DNA of 64,000 nucleotides from Sphyrna mokarran (Eukaryota): NCBI GenBank assembly GCA_024679065.1, contig JAGIQG010000022.1, positions 21,328,001-21,392,000 on the forward strand, given 5' to 3'. Positions within the stretch are counted from its first letter, which is position 1. Each line of letters opens with the position of its first letter. Shown here piece by piece: positions 26,915-39,500 of this stretch. The notes below the pieces were generated by a model. The model worked only from the letters and a program-made list of their open reading frames with translations. It did not search any database and had not been told where the DNA came from. Position numbers and translations under genes: made by a program.

Positions 26915-27790
26915 CATGGAGGAGTGACCTTGTGGTATTATTGCTAGACTATTAATTCAGAAACTCAGCAAATGTTCTGAGGACCCGGATTCAAATCCTG
27001 TCAGGGCAGATGGTGGAATTTGAATTCAATAAAAAAAAACTGGAATCAAAAATCTACCGCTGACCATGAACCATTGTCAATTGTTGGGAAAAATCTATCT
27101 CATTCACTACTGGAATTCTGTGTACAGTTTTACTTGAAAAAGAATATAGTGGCACTGGAGGGGGTGCAGAGGAGATTCAATAGATTGATTCCAGAGTTGA
27201 GAGGGTTGGCTTATGAGGAGAGATTGAGTAGACTAGGCCTATATTCATTGGAATTCAGAAGAATGAGGGGAAATCTTATCGAAACATATAGGATTCTGAA
27301 GAATAGATAAGATAGAAACAGGGAAGTTGTTTTCACTGGTGGGTGAAACTACAGCAAGGAGGCATGGCCTCAAAATAAGGGGGAATAGATTTGGGACTGA
27401 GTTGAGGAACAACTTCTTCACACAAAGTGTTATATATCTGTGGAATTCCCTGCTTAACAAAGCAGTTGAGGCTACCTCAAGGAATGTTTTTAAGGCAAGG
27501 ATAGATAAACTTTTGAACAGTAAAGGGTTATGGTGAGTGGGCGGGTAAGTGGAGCTGAGTTCATGAAAAGATCATGATCTTATTGAATGGCGGAGCAGGC
27601 TCAAGGGCCGGATGGCCTTCTATGTCCTTACCTGGTCTTGCCGACATGTGACTCCTGATCCACAACAATGTGGTTAACTCCCAATGATCTCTGAAATGGC
27701 CTAGAAAATCATTCAGCTCAGAGGAGACTCGGGATGGGCAATGAATGCTGGCTAGCCAGTGATATCCACATCCTATGAATTTAAAAAAAA
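26915..27790 (+). mobile_element. tRNA-derived shark SINE split by a CR1 3' fragment (about 27110-27620)
   Basis: SINE head gtggtattattgctagacta...ggattcaaatcc; SINE tail gggatgggcaatgaatgctggc followed by poly(A). The insert translates to ALEGVQRRFNRLIPELRGLAYEERL and RNNFFTQSVIYLWNSL. Confidence 0.8.
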
Positions 27791-28129
27791 CATCCCCTGG
27801 GTGCCTGAGCCAGTGATTCATTAACCTATGTAGATTAGGAGAGTCTCAGATTTGACTCCCCAGGAGCACTGCTTGCTCTCTCAGTAGGTTAGCTTATTGA
27901 CAACTTATGTCAAGGCTTATGTGCAGATAATGGATACTCAGAGGAAAGTAGAGCGGGTAATCAGTAGAATGAAACTATATTCCAGTAAGGAATCACTGTT
28001 TTGGAGGAGGAGTTAGTGAGAATAAGAAAATGTGGTGGTCCCTGCCCAGAACTCACTCCTACCATTTTGTGACTAGTATAACCAAAGCTGCAGTTGTTAT
28101 TAGGTGAGGACAATGTTCAATATTTTTCA

Positions 28130-28850
28130 CAAATCATCTGATACTGAATCAGTCCATGCTGTGTGCAGCAAGATTGAGACAACATTAAGGCTTGGGCTGA
28201 CAAAGTGGCATGGTTACATTTGTGCCAGGCAATGACCATCTCTAACAAGAGAGAACCTAACTATCTCCCCCTTGGCATTCGATGGCATTACCATCACTGA
28301 ATCGCCCACCATCAATATGCTGGGGAATACCATTGATTAGAGCTTTAACTGAATCAGCCGTATAGCACTGTGGCTACAAGAACTGATCAGAGGCTGGGAA
28401 TTATATACTATGTAACTCAACTCCTGACTCCTCGAAGCCTGTCCACAATCTCCATGCACTCCAGTCAGGAGTGTGATGGAATATTATCAACTTAGATAAG
28501 TTTAAAAAAGAAGAACTGCTCCAACAATGAAGAAATGCAGCATTAATCAGGACAAAGCAGCCTACTCAATAGGGACCTCATCCACCATCTTTAAAAATAC
28601 CCTCCCTCCACCATCGATGCACATTGGCAACATTGTTGCAGCAATCTTCTAAACCTGTAACCACAACCACCTGGATTGGACAGCAGATGCACGGAAGCAC
28701 CACTATCTGCAAGTTCCCCTCTTAGCTGCACACCATCCTGTCTCTGAACTATATTGTCGTGCCTTCACTGTCACTGGGTCAAAAATCATGGAACCCTCTT
28801 CCAAAAACGGGGAGACTGCCAGAGTGTACTTGACAAGTTCTCTACATGGC
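28130..28850 (+). mobile_element. CR1-group (L2/Zenon-like) LINE 3' fragment; same family at about 36100-36610 (+) and 45420-49270 (-)
   Basis: Shared blocks ccaggcaatgaccatctc, caggacaaagcagcc and gggtcaaaa..tggaa. Confidence 0.65.
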
Positions 28851-30189
28851 ATACAAATGTTTGGGCAACGTTTGGGTTTTCATAACGAGAGATGACCAGT
28901 TGATCTTCTCTGACAACTCAAACAGTTTTCAGTGGGGAAGGACGGGGGGGAGGGAGAACAAGCCCACCCAATTATGCAGCTCCACCACTCCAAACTGCCA
29001 ATAGATTGTTCTTATTACCTCTCTTAGTGTGTTACAAAAAAAAAACCACTTGAAGTAATCTATTCATGTGCTCTTCTTTGGGGATGAATGCTGCGAACTA
29101 GTGCGGAAGAGTATAGAAAAAAATTAATCGCTTTAATTTCTTTCAAAAAGTATATGCATTTCTAATATTCAAACTCTGAAACCAACCAATTATAGATAAT
29201 ATTTGAATGTAGAATTTCATTGTGAGGTACTTTTATAAAATCGTGCTGTGCAGAAAATCCAACATGGGATTACGTTTTAAACGAGCACGATAAAGAAGCT
29301 CCTGGTGCAATACAGGAAAACAACGTCCCCATCAGTTTTTCACTTTATTTATTTTGAGCACACAAACCAAAGGAAGATGCTCAAAAAATGATAGCTGTCC
29401 TTTCAAATCACAGTTTAAGTAAGCGAAAAAGCTTGTCACTCTGAACAACTTGCATTCAAGAGCTGTAAAAGCATTAGTTGTTGATAAAGACCTCAGTTGG
29501 ATGAGTCATAATTGCTCTCAACAAAGAATTTGATTGTTAAAAACTCAGCCTAATGGAAGGAGAGCAGCTACTGCAGCCCTGTAGAAGCTCTCTCGCACAA
29601 AGAATTGCATAATTTTGCTTTTATGGCTAATTTAAGATTTTTTCCAAACTCCTGGTTATTCTGGATCACTGACCTTTGATGTTTACCTCACTCCATTTGT
29701 TACAAACAAGCAGTTAGACTGTGGTTCCTGCTGAATCCAGTAGTGGCACCATTTGTCTTTCATCTCGTACTTCAGGCTTTCTGTTTATTACAGAGAATCT
29801 CGGAGCCATTTAACCCTTTAAAAGACTGAATGTCTGTTGCAGACCATCTTGTCAAACTCAGCGCTGGTAACCTGATGCCAGTATGGAGATGATGAGCGAT
29901 CATGGGCAAGACCTTTAATCCTATTTGGGACTAAAGTGGTGATTTTTTACATGCTCAGGATTTCAGCGTTTGTTGCTCTAGCTTAGCTCAGTTTGAGATT
30001 GGTTGGGTCCTCCCACTGAAACAGTGAAAGGCTGCTTAACTGGTCGTTTGACTTACTTGATGTGGATGATATCTTACGCTCAGATGTTTGCCTACTTGAC
30101 AAAGTGGCTACGCTTCATTGAATATGAAACTTCTGAAGTTCCAAAGTTTCTTCCAGTTTGCAATGTTCTATATTTACCAGCACTTTAAT

Positions 30190-30670
30190 AGCGTAGAGGG
30201 AGACAATTGAGCTCGTCGAGTACATACTAGCTCTCTGTAGAGTGACTCAGTAGTCCCATTCTCTGCTTCATTCCCATCGCCCTGTAAGTTTATTTCCCTC
30301 AGATGTCTGTCTGATTTCCCTTTGAAATAATTCATCATGCCCATTTCCATCTCTTGCTACGTTTAAAATGAAATCTTCCTCTCGTACCTCCTGCATCTCT
30401 TGCTTAAAACCGTAAATCTCTCTTTCCCAGTCCTGGTACAATTACTGAACCTGTCATAATCTTATGCACCTCTTAACAAATTTCCCCTTCAATCTCCTTC
30501 ATTCCAAGCAGAAAAGCCCCAACTTCTTGAACCTAAATTGTAGCTAAATACCCTCATCTCTGAATCACTTCCGCACCTTCTCACATCTTTCCTAAGTTGT
30601 GGTGATCAGAACTGGACACGATGCTCTTGTTGTGGCCATACTGGAGTTTTATACTGGTTTTAGCATATCT
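30190..30670 (-). mobile_element. Decayed CR1-type LINE 3' fragment
   Basis: ggtgatcagaactggacac...tgtggcc (reverse of the RPxLEYCVQFWSP block) plus a 3' tail. Confidence 0.6.
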
Positions 30671-33600
30671 TCCCTACTTTGTTGCAAGATTTGAAGCTGA
30701 TTCTCCCTATTTACAAATGATATTTCCATTCATTCCCTTGAGCAAATCCTACTTTTTTTCGGCACCTTCAGTAATTCTCATTTATATTAGGGGGAATTCC
30801 ATGTCCATCATCCTCTGGCAACCCCACCAGCTCCAACTATTATCAAGGCCTAGAGCCAGAGGTCTTTTCGTTGACTGCCAATAAGTTTAATGAAGATAGT
30901 TAATTAAAATGGAGTGTTCCAATTGGCTGGCCAGCAGGCATCAATTCTCATGAGTGCCCCACACTCTTTGACAGCAATTTGAATATTTGAACAGCATGCC
31001 ATACATTCTTCAGGGACTACTTTCGTCTGAACCAACTACTAATCACTTTAATTTAGGAATGGGGAGTCTCAACCTGCTAAAAGCAATGAGCTTTCCAGCT
31101 TTGTCTTCTCTGATATAATTCCAGAAGTTTTTGCAACCATGGGTATTAAAAGCCATAGCTGCTGAATGGACAATATTCTGAATGTCGAAATGGTTTGGAA
31201 TCAAGCTCTAATGGGAAGCCTCTATTAGCATTATTTTTTTTCTTTCTTGTCTTGTTGATTTGGGTGAAAAGAAAAAAGGTAACGCTTCTGTCAGCAGGAT
31301 ATTCACTAAGTTCTTGCATCTTAAATTGTATGTGGCACAAAATGGAGTCATAAATGCCAGCATTCTCAGTTGAGTTAGCTGAAGTCAGCTCTCTTAGCCG
31401 GTGAGGGGATAGTCAGCCAGTGCTGCCTCTCCTGATTGCTAGATTGTAACACCCATGATTGAATATGTTACTTGCACATGGATGGTCCACTTTGGTGAGG
31501 TACCAAAGAGCAAGTGGCTTCACTACGGACTGAGAAACTGAACAGGGAAGAACAAAAGAGTTTTATAAAGTATTTCTTCTGGAGGTTCGTTGAGAGTTTG
31601 GACTGGGGAACTATCTTAAAGGAATACTGTCTCCAAGGAAAATTGCGTAATGACATTTTTTAGTCAGTGGAAGAGGGAAGTATGTCATTTTATTATTGGA
31701 ACATGAAATGTGAGTGAGGTAGTGATACATTTTAACACTTACATTAGTTTCCAAATAGAGCATTTATCAAAAACTCCATTCAGTTTGATCCCTTTAAAGT
31801 TTATAGCCTGGAGAGTTCTAAAGACTCTGAAATGCTTTTTTTAATATTTTGTTCTATTCTTGACAGAGCAACCTTTGTGCATTTCAATTAAATTAATAGC
31901 TGAGCACCAACCCCATTTAGGTCTCCTGAGCTCCCTTGTGCAACATGATCATATTGTGAAAGACTGCAACTCACTTATTCCCTTGCACAACAAGAGGCAT
32001 ATGATACGACTGTAAATTTGTACACTGGCAATTTTACTAGTTAGTGATGCCATCAGTTCCCGTAGTCTGACTATTTAAATACAGGATTTAGCCAACAGAG
32101 ATAAGATCATATGTATGCAGTCAGCTATCCTATTACGATGAGATATATTTCTGTGTTAATACAAGTTTCACTTGAGATTTTGACTTCCAACAATAACATA
32201 AAACAGATGATCAGATCAGCTATCTGTTAAATATCTCACTTGATTTTTCATTTCTAGTCCAAAATTACAAATATCCCACCCCCAGTTGTTTTAATCCCTT
32301 ACTCTTGTTTTGAAATATTTCTGCAATTTAGTCTTGCTCATTTACCTGTGTTTTACACAATATCATCTCTTTAAGATGCAACTAATTGATCATCTTATCA
32401 ATTTTCTTTTTATTTGTTTTTGCTAGTAGTATTACCTATAAATTCTGCTCAGAATGATACAAGTCAAGATTAATTTTATAATCCTGTTTAATTGGCTGGC
32501 ATATGGGATGACATGAAAGTGTGCAGTTGCAGGTCAAATACTACCTGTCATTTAATTATTTCAGTATTTATTTGGAGAAAGTTTTAGTCAAGCTCTATAT
32601 ATTTGAAAATAAATGTGCAGACACATTTTAGCAGAAAGATGGAAAGTGCTGTCGACTTGGCCTTTAACCCTTTGGAAAGCATTCACAGGGGAAATTTAAC
32701 AGTCTCTGAAGGAGCTAGGATCAATCAATGACTGATTATGTTCTCATTCTGTGCTGGATTGATCTTTTACTGAACTGATGATAACAGGCCTTTGACTGCT
32801 TCAAGAGGCAACCTGAGATGGGCTTTGACAGGATTGGTTGTGACAGGGATCAATCTGAATCCTGCTAAGTGGTGTGAAAGGCAGGCACCCCAAAGATCTG
32901 AGAAAGCTACTGAGATTCATTGGGATGCACTTGGTGATGGTGAATTTGCTCTTTCCAAAGAAACCTTTTTTGTTTTTTTTTTCTAACTGTAACAGAGAAC
33001 CAATATCAGAATTCAGCGGGAGAACTGAGAAATCAGCAGATGCAGTCCTTGAACATTTGCAGTTGGTTGAAAACAAGAGAATGATTTCTTTATGTGATAA
33101 TGAGGGTGGCAAAGAAGAAAGTGGCAGGGCATATCAATACAGGAATGACAGATTAGAATAGACACTTCATTTGAAACAAAAAATACAGAAAACCACTCCT
33201 GTTTAATACAGCGCCTTATCAGAATTTGCATCATAATTTTCTGCTACTTTATAAAATTGCACCTGTGTAGTATTTTGTGTGTTATAAAAGAAAAATATTA
33301 TTGAAAAGACATGCCTGGCACATGAGAGAGAGCCATGCATCAGGCTGTTTCAGAGCACAATCATCATGATTACTGAACCAAACTGATATAAATGTCTTGA
33401 TGGTATGAAATCAAAATGAGCTAAAAAGAATATCTTAGTCAGATAGCTGAACTGTCTCCAGGCAACGGAGGATGCCAGCGTAACACCTGGACGTGTAAGG
33501 AGAGGGTTGGGTTAGCACATGAGCTTTGGCTTCCATTTGAACGTATACCAAGTCAGTAGAGCTTGAGACCTGAGCTACTTTCCAGACCCATTGCTCCAAT

Positions 33601-35034
33601 ACAGCTTTCCATTTCTGAATTGGTAGGAATTCAACTAGTCCACATGAACTGGCCTAAAGTGCCTGGGTAGAAGAAGGGACAGTTGTGGGATCTGTGGACC
33701 TCAGATGAGTCAATAATGACTTGTATATGCGTCACCAAAAATAAAGTTTCCGGGCCATCTCTACCAATGGTCTCTTGAGGACTGCAGGTTAGGGGACACA
33801 CTACTGGGCAGAAATGAGTATGATGTGCGCTCTGGTCACTTGTATCTGAAGATTGCAATTGGGGTCTGACAGCTGCATGCCGCCCTGATACGTTTCTTTA
33901 AGTCACAATACCCTTGTTTAAGACAGGAAGGCTCTCTAACCTGTGCACAGACTTGTATCAGACTGGCCTTAACTATGAATGAAGTGCTGACATGTCTAAT
34001 TTTCCTTTTGTTCTTTGAAATTTTCAGTTGCTGACTGCTCATTTTTCTGAGAAACATCGTTCTATAGAGTTTATTACAGAACTTGAGGTTTACCCTAGTG
34101 AAGGTGAAGGAACTCAAAATATGTTTCTCTCTGCATCAAACAAAATAGTTAATCTCTTTAAAGCCAGATTGCTAACTAATGCCTGTACACAGGAAGGAGC
34201 ATCCTGTAAGCATACTCCCTTCATCTTATGTTTTACACACGTACCCACCACAGCCCCATATTCAACCATATCTTCTGTTCCCAACAGCTTTTCAGCCTGC
34301 ATTCAATCCACTATTTGTCCAATTTGTAAAGCATTTTGAAATCTTTTTCTGTCTACAGGGCAACATAGAAACCTTAATAGTTAATGCAAAATCGTTATTG
34401 CTATTCCATACAATGGGGGTTAAAGAATACTTAAACCTCCTGAAACACCAGAACCATGGCAGATTACAGCTTTGCATAAGGAGTGAGATGTTCTTTAATG
34501 ATGGGTGCAAAAATAATGATGGTGAATTGGCAACCCATTCACATCCCATCCCATTCTCTACTGAAATCGATCAAAAATTTGGCAAGACTTAATCAGGCTG
34601 TTGATTTGCTTTATATTTCTTTCATGCTATTCTTGAAGACTAATTTCACCTGCATTAGTTTTTATTACACACATTCTTCCAATATTTGTTTCATTCCTTT
34701 TCTTCATGAAAATGACAGCATAATATTTTGTTGTTTCTACAGTATTCATCTTCTTCATTATTGTAAAGTATTACTATACTAGTATTACTAGACCACTGTA
34801 GGGAGCTTATTTTTGGATGTCCTTTCACTGGTACTGTAGTTTTCTTTTGCATTTGACCACTCCATTTGGTACAACTAATTACCCATTTCTCAAAGTATTT
34901 TTCCTCACTAACATCAGTGCAAAAATTCGTAACACTTCTGAGAAAGAAGCAGAAAACCCTTTGCAGATTGTAGCTATATTCTCCAATTCTTTTACGAGAC
35001 ACTCATTATTTTTGGAATAATGTTGATTGCCACC

Positions 35035-35500
35035 ACAACTTGTATTTAGATAGTGCCTTTAATGTGATAAAATGTCACAAGGCATTTGGCAAGAGTGCTA
35101 TCAAACAAAATTTGACACTGAGCTACATGAGGAAATATTAGAACAGATCACCAAAGCTTGGTCAAAGATTTAGGTTTCACAGACTGCCTTAAAGAAAGGT
35201 GAAAAAGGAAAGATTAAGGGAGGAGATTCTTGAACCTGTTCTCTACAGTTGAGAACAGTGAGGAAACTCTTAAAATTTGGATGATCTAGAGACTGACAGA
35301 GAGGAACACAGCTGTCTCAGGATTTGAGTTTATTTATTAGTGTCACAAGTAGGCTTACATTAATATTGCAGTGAAGTTACTGTGAACATTCCCTGGTCAT
35401 GTTGTGGGACTGGAGATGCAGCGATGGAAAGTGACAAGACCCTAGTGTTGCTTAACCAGGAGCCAGTGAGTACAGGTTGATGGCTGAATGGGATTTGGTG
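35035..35500 (-). mobile_element. L2-type LINE 3' end
   Basis: caacttgtatttagatagtgcctttaatgt...tttgacactgagc...aagcttggtcaaaga, with the tail type shared with Deu-like SINEs. Confidence 0.55.
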
Positions 35501-36619
35501 CCCAAGACACAAAGGAAAATACACTGGAACCACTGCAATAAACTAAGATTTCTCTAACACACTGCTTTCTTTTTCATATTACTTATAGAATTTATCTGGC
35601 TTGGTTGATCCTTTTAAGAGGTTCTAACAAGCTCACTTTAAAAGCTACATACAGATTCTCTTTGAAGACCCAAATAGATTCTCTCAATTGAAAATAAATA
35701 GGCTATTTATATTGTAACTGTCCATGAAGTTCAAAAAGAACTGCTAATCAAGTGCCTTTAAACAATAAGACATAATGATTATATTTAAACTTGAGTCACT
35801 TCATACTCAGATTAGCAGGTTCATACCTACAAGATTGTATCTCTGGATAACTGATCAAATGGTGAAATGATCGATGCCTGTTTGCAGCAAGATCTGACAA
35901 TATTCAAGCTCTGCTGATACATGGCAAGTAATGTTGCCTGGAACTTATAACCAAATGTTGTCTGGCACAAATAAGTATCTCCAAAAATAGAGAACTTGGT
36001 AATGTCCCCTCTGTAATCACTGATATTATTATTGCTAAATCTCCATGATTAACATCCCAGTGGTAACCATTGACCAGAGACTTAACGAAACCATCCATAG
36101 AAATGCTGTGGCAAAAGAGGATGTCAGAGGCTAGGAATTATGCGATGGGTAAGTCTCCTCCTGGCTCCCCAGGGTACAAGTTAGGATTACTGAAATACTC
36201 CCCACTTCCCTGGATGAGTGCAACTCCATCATCACTAAAGAAGCCCAGCTCTGTCCAGGACAAAGCAACGTCTTTCGATGACAACCAGTCAACATCGTTG
36301 CCATTCACTCCCTGCATCACCAGTACAGAGTTCAAAGTGTACCTTCTACACATGTATTGCAACAACTCACCAATGCTCCTTCAATAACATCTTCCAAATC
36401 CACAACCTCTGTAACCTAGAAAAACAATGACAGGAAGTGCATGGGAATATCACCACTTACATATTCTCCTGCCAAGTTCCATACCATTTTCACTTGAATT
36501 GTTCTTTGACTGCCACTGAGTCAAAATCCTGGAACACTCTCCCTAATAGCACAGTGGGTATGCCTACAGTAGAGCAATAGCAATACAAGATGGTGATGAG
36601 ACACCATCTTATATTATCG

Positions 36620-36955
36620 TAGAATCACTGCAGTGCGAAGGAGGTCATTTTGACCCATCAAATTTGTACCGACTCTCCGATGGAGCATCTTACCCACCCC
36701 ATTCCCTTAACTTCATGCATTTACCCCACTAATCTCCTTAATCTACACATCTTGGAACATGAAGGGGCAATTTAGCATGGCCAACCTACCTAAACTGCTC
36801 AAGTTTGGACTGTGGGAGAAAACCATAGCACTTGGAGGAAATCCATGCAGACATGGGGAGAATGTGCAAACTCCACACAGGCAGTCAGCCACTAAAGGCT
36901 GAAATCAAACGCTGGCATTGAGAGGTAGCAGTGGTAACCACTTATCCACTCACCA
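36620..36955 (-). mobile_element. V-SINE/HE1-like SINE
   Basis: ggggcaatttagcatggccaa...gactgtgggagaaaacc...agaatgtgcaaactccacacag. Confidence 0.8.
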
Positions 36956-37649
36956 CTAAGCTCCCCTTATCTAAGGCGGTTGAGGATGGATAATAAATAC
37001 TTGCCTTGCCAGCAATGCGTGCATCTCTTGAATGATTAGAAGAACAAAACCTGAGAGATATTTTCATTATAAACACTAAATAGCGCTCATTGAATGGTAC
37101 AAATGCAAACTCACGGCTGATCAGGTAGTCTATTGACCACATTAATCATCTGCAAATGAAATTGCTTGCATTTGGATTGCACCTTTCACATTCTTGTGCT
37201 GTTCCAAATTGCCTCCCAGCTAGTTAATTACTTTTGAAGTATCGTCAATGTTGTAACGTAGGGGTGCCGAACAGTTAAGTTGTTCACAGCAAGCTCTCTC
37301 CAATAGCTTCGGAATGTTGCTTGAGAATAACCAGCTCAAAGCTCCTCTTGAAATTGCACCATGGAACTTTTAACATCGCTTGAATAAACAGTCAGGTCCC
37401 TCAGTTTGATTAAACTGATAGTCTTCAATCTTGATTGTGTGCTCAAGTTTCCAGAGTTGAGTGAGAACCCACAGTCTTCTAGTGGAGCACCCCAGGGAAG
37501 ACTTAGATTTTAAAATATTGCTATGTTCTCCCAATGTTGACCCTCTGCAATTGGAGGGAACTTAATCTGAGATTGTTGGCAGCTGCACAATACTTGCGTA
37601 TTGCAATATTAGCACTCAACTAACTTTAACGTAAATAGAGCCTTTCCCT

Positions 37650-39500
37650 TGTTGGACATAGTGAATCCATTGATTACAATATTCTAAAATTCCCTGGATG
37701 CGGGAATAGTTCAGGTGAATTGGAAAAATGCTCGTATAAAGCCCTTTTTAAAAAAGAAGGGATGCAAAATGTAGGAAACTATAGGACAATTAGTTTGACA
37801 TCTGTCAATGAGATATTATTAGAATCCATTATTAAGAAAATAAGAGCAGGACATTTAGAAAGTCAAAATGCAATCTGTCAATGTCAGCATAGTTTTATGA
37901 AGGTAAGTCATATTTGACTAATTTGTTTGAATTCTTTGAAGCTGTAACATGCAAGGTGGATAATATGGATCCTGCAGATGTAATATATCTGGATTCCAGA
38001 AGGTATTTGATAAGATGCCATACATAAAGTTAATAGGCAAGGTTAGTTCACATGGGATTAGGGATAATTTATTAGCTGGGATAGAGGAGTGGCTAACCAA
38101 CAGAAGGCAGAGAGTCAGGTTAATTGGGTCTTTTTCTGGTTGACAAAATATAAATAGTGGAGTGCCACACAGGGTTCAGTCCTCGGTGCCCACACTATTT
38201 ACAATCTATGACTTGGATGCATGGATAAAAGGTACAATAGCCAGATCTGCAGATAAGACTGAAACAGGTGAAATAGTAAGTTATGATAATAAAATAAAAA
38301 ATTTACAAATGAATATAGTTAGTGAATAGAGCAAAATTTGGCACATGGGGGGTAACATAGATAAGTGTGAGGTTATCCATCTTGGTAGGAAAAATACAAA
38401 GACAAATTATTACCTAAATGGAGAGAAACTTCAGAATGCTTTGTGCAGAAGGATGTGGGTATTCTTATATGGTAAGAATCACAGAAAACAAGTCAGAACT
38501 TTACAGCATGGAAATAGATCCTTTGGCCCAACTTGTTCCATGCTGCCCAGTTTTTACCATTAAGCTAGTACCAATTGCTCATGTTTGGCCCACATCCCTC
38601 TATACCAGGGATCTCTAAACTATGGCCCACGGACCACATCTGGCTCGCAGCAGGCCACATCCAGATCGGAGTTCGGAGTCCGCTGCTCTATATCAATCTT
38701 ACCAAGTAAGATTGATATCCAGACACTCACCACCCTCAGTGTGGAAAAAAAATTGCCCATATGGACCCTTTTGTATCTCTCCCTTCTCACCTTAACCTAT
38801 GCCCTGTAATTTTAGTCTCATCTACTTATTGTTAGCTTGCTTATTATTTTATAGTCCTCTATAGTATGCAGGTAGAACAGGTGATAACGAAGACAAATAA
38901 AATCTTGACATTTATTGCTAAAGAAATGGAATATAAAAGTATTTTGTACAGTGTCACTGTACAAAACATTGGTGAGACTTCACTTAGAATACTGTGTCCA
39001 ATTTTGGTTCCCTTGAGGAATGTAGTTGCGTTGGAGGCAGTTTGTTGGAAGTCCACTAGATTGATTCCAGAGGTGCAGGATTTGTCTTACAAAGAGAGAT
39101 TGGGCAGTTTACACCTATACTCGGGGTTTGGAAGAATGAGAGGAGATCTAATTGAGGTTTGCAAGATAAGAGGAATTGATGAAGTAGACTTGGAGGGGAA
39201 TCTAGGGCAATCTAGACCAAGGGGTCATTATTTTAAGATGAAGGATGGCGGATTTAAACAGATGAGGAGAAATTACTTCTGTCAAAGGGTCAAGGGTCTG
39301 TAGAATTCATGACCCCAAGATGTGGTGGATGTCAGGACATTGACTAAATTTAAGGAAGAAGTAGGCAGATTTTTAATTAGTAAACGTTTAAAAGGCAGGA
39401 AAATGGAGTTTAGGCTGAAGTGAGATCAACCATGGTCATGTTAAATGGCAAAGTTGACTCGAAAGGCTAAATTGCCTAAACCTGCTGTTTGTTCTTGTGT
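37650..39500 (+). mobile_element. Decayed CR1 LINE ORF2 (RT to 3' tail) with nested insertions
   Basis: Remnants GNYRTISLTSV, IYLDSRRYL (for IYLDFQKAF), NIDKCEVIHLGRKN and RGDLIEV...RRNYFCQRV. Confidence 0.88.
38606..38685. mobile_element. 80-bp hAT (Charlie-type) MITE
   Basis: TIRs CAGGGATCTCTAAACT / AGTTCGGAGTCCGCTG. The 8-bp TSD is CTCTATAC (38598-38605) / CTCTATAT (38686-38693). Confidence 0.8.

Noticed and set aside
32777-32817. TGATGA...CTGA box C/D-like pair
   Set aside because: About 40 nt, too short for a snoRNA, and without a terminal stem.
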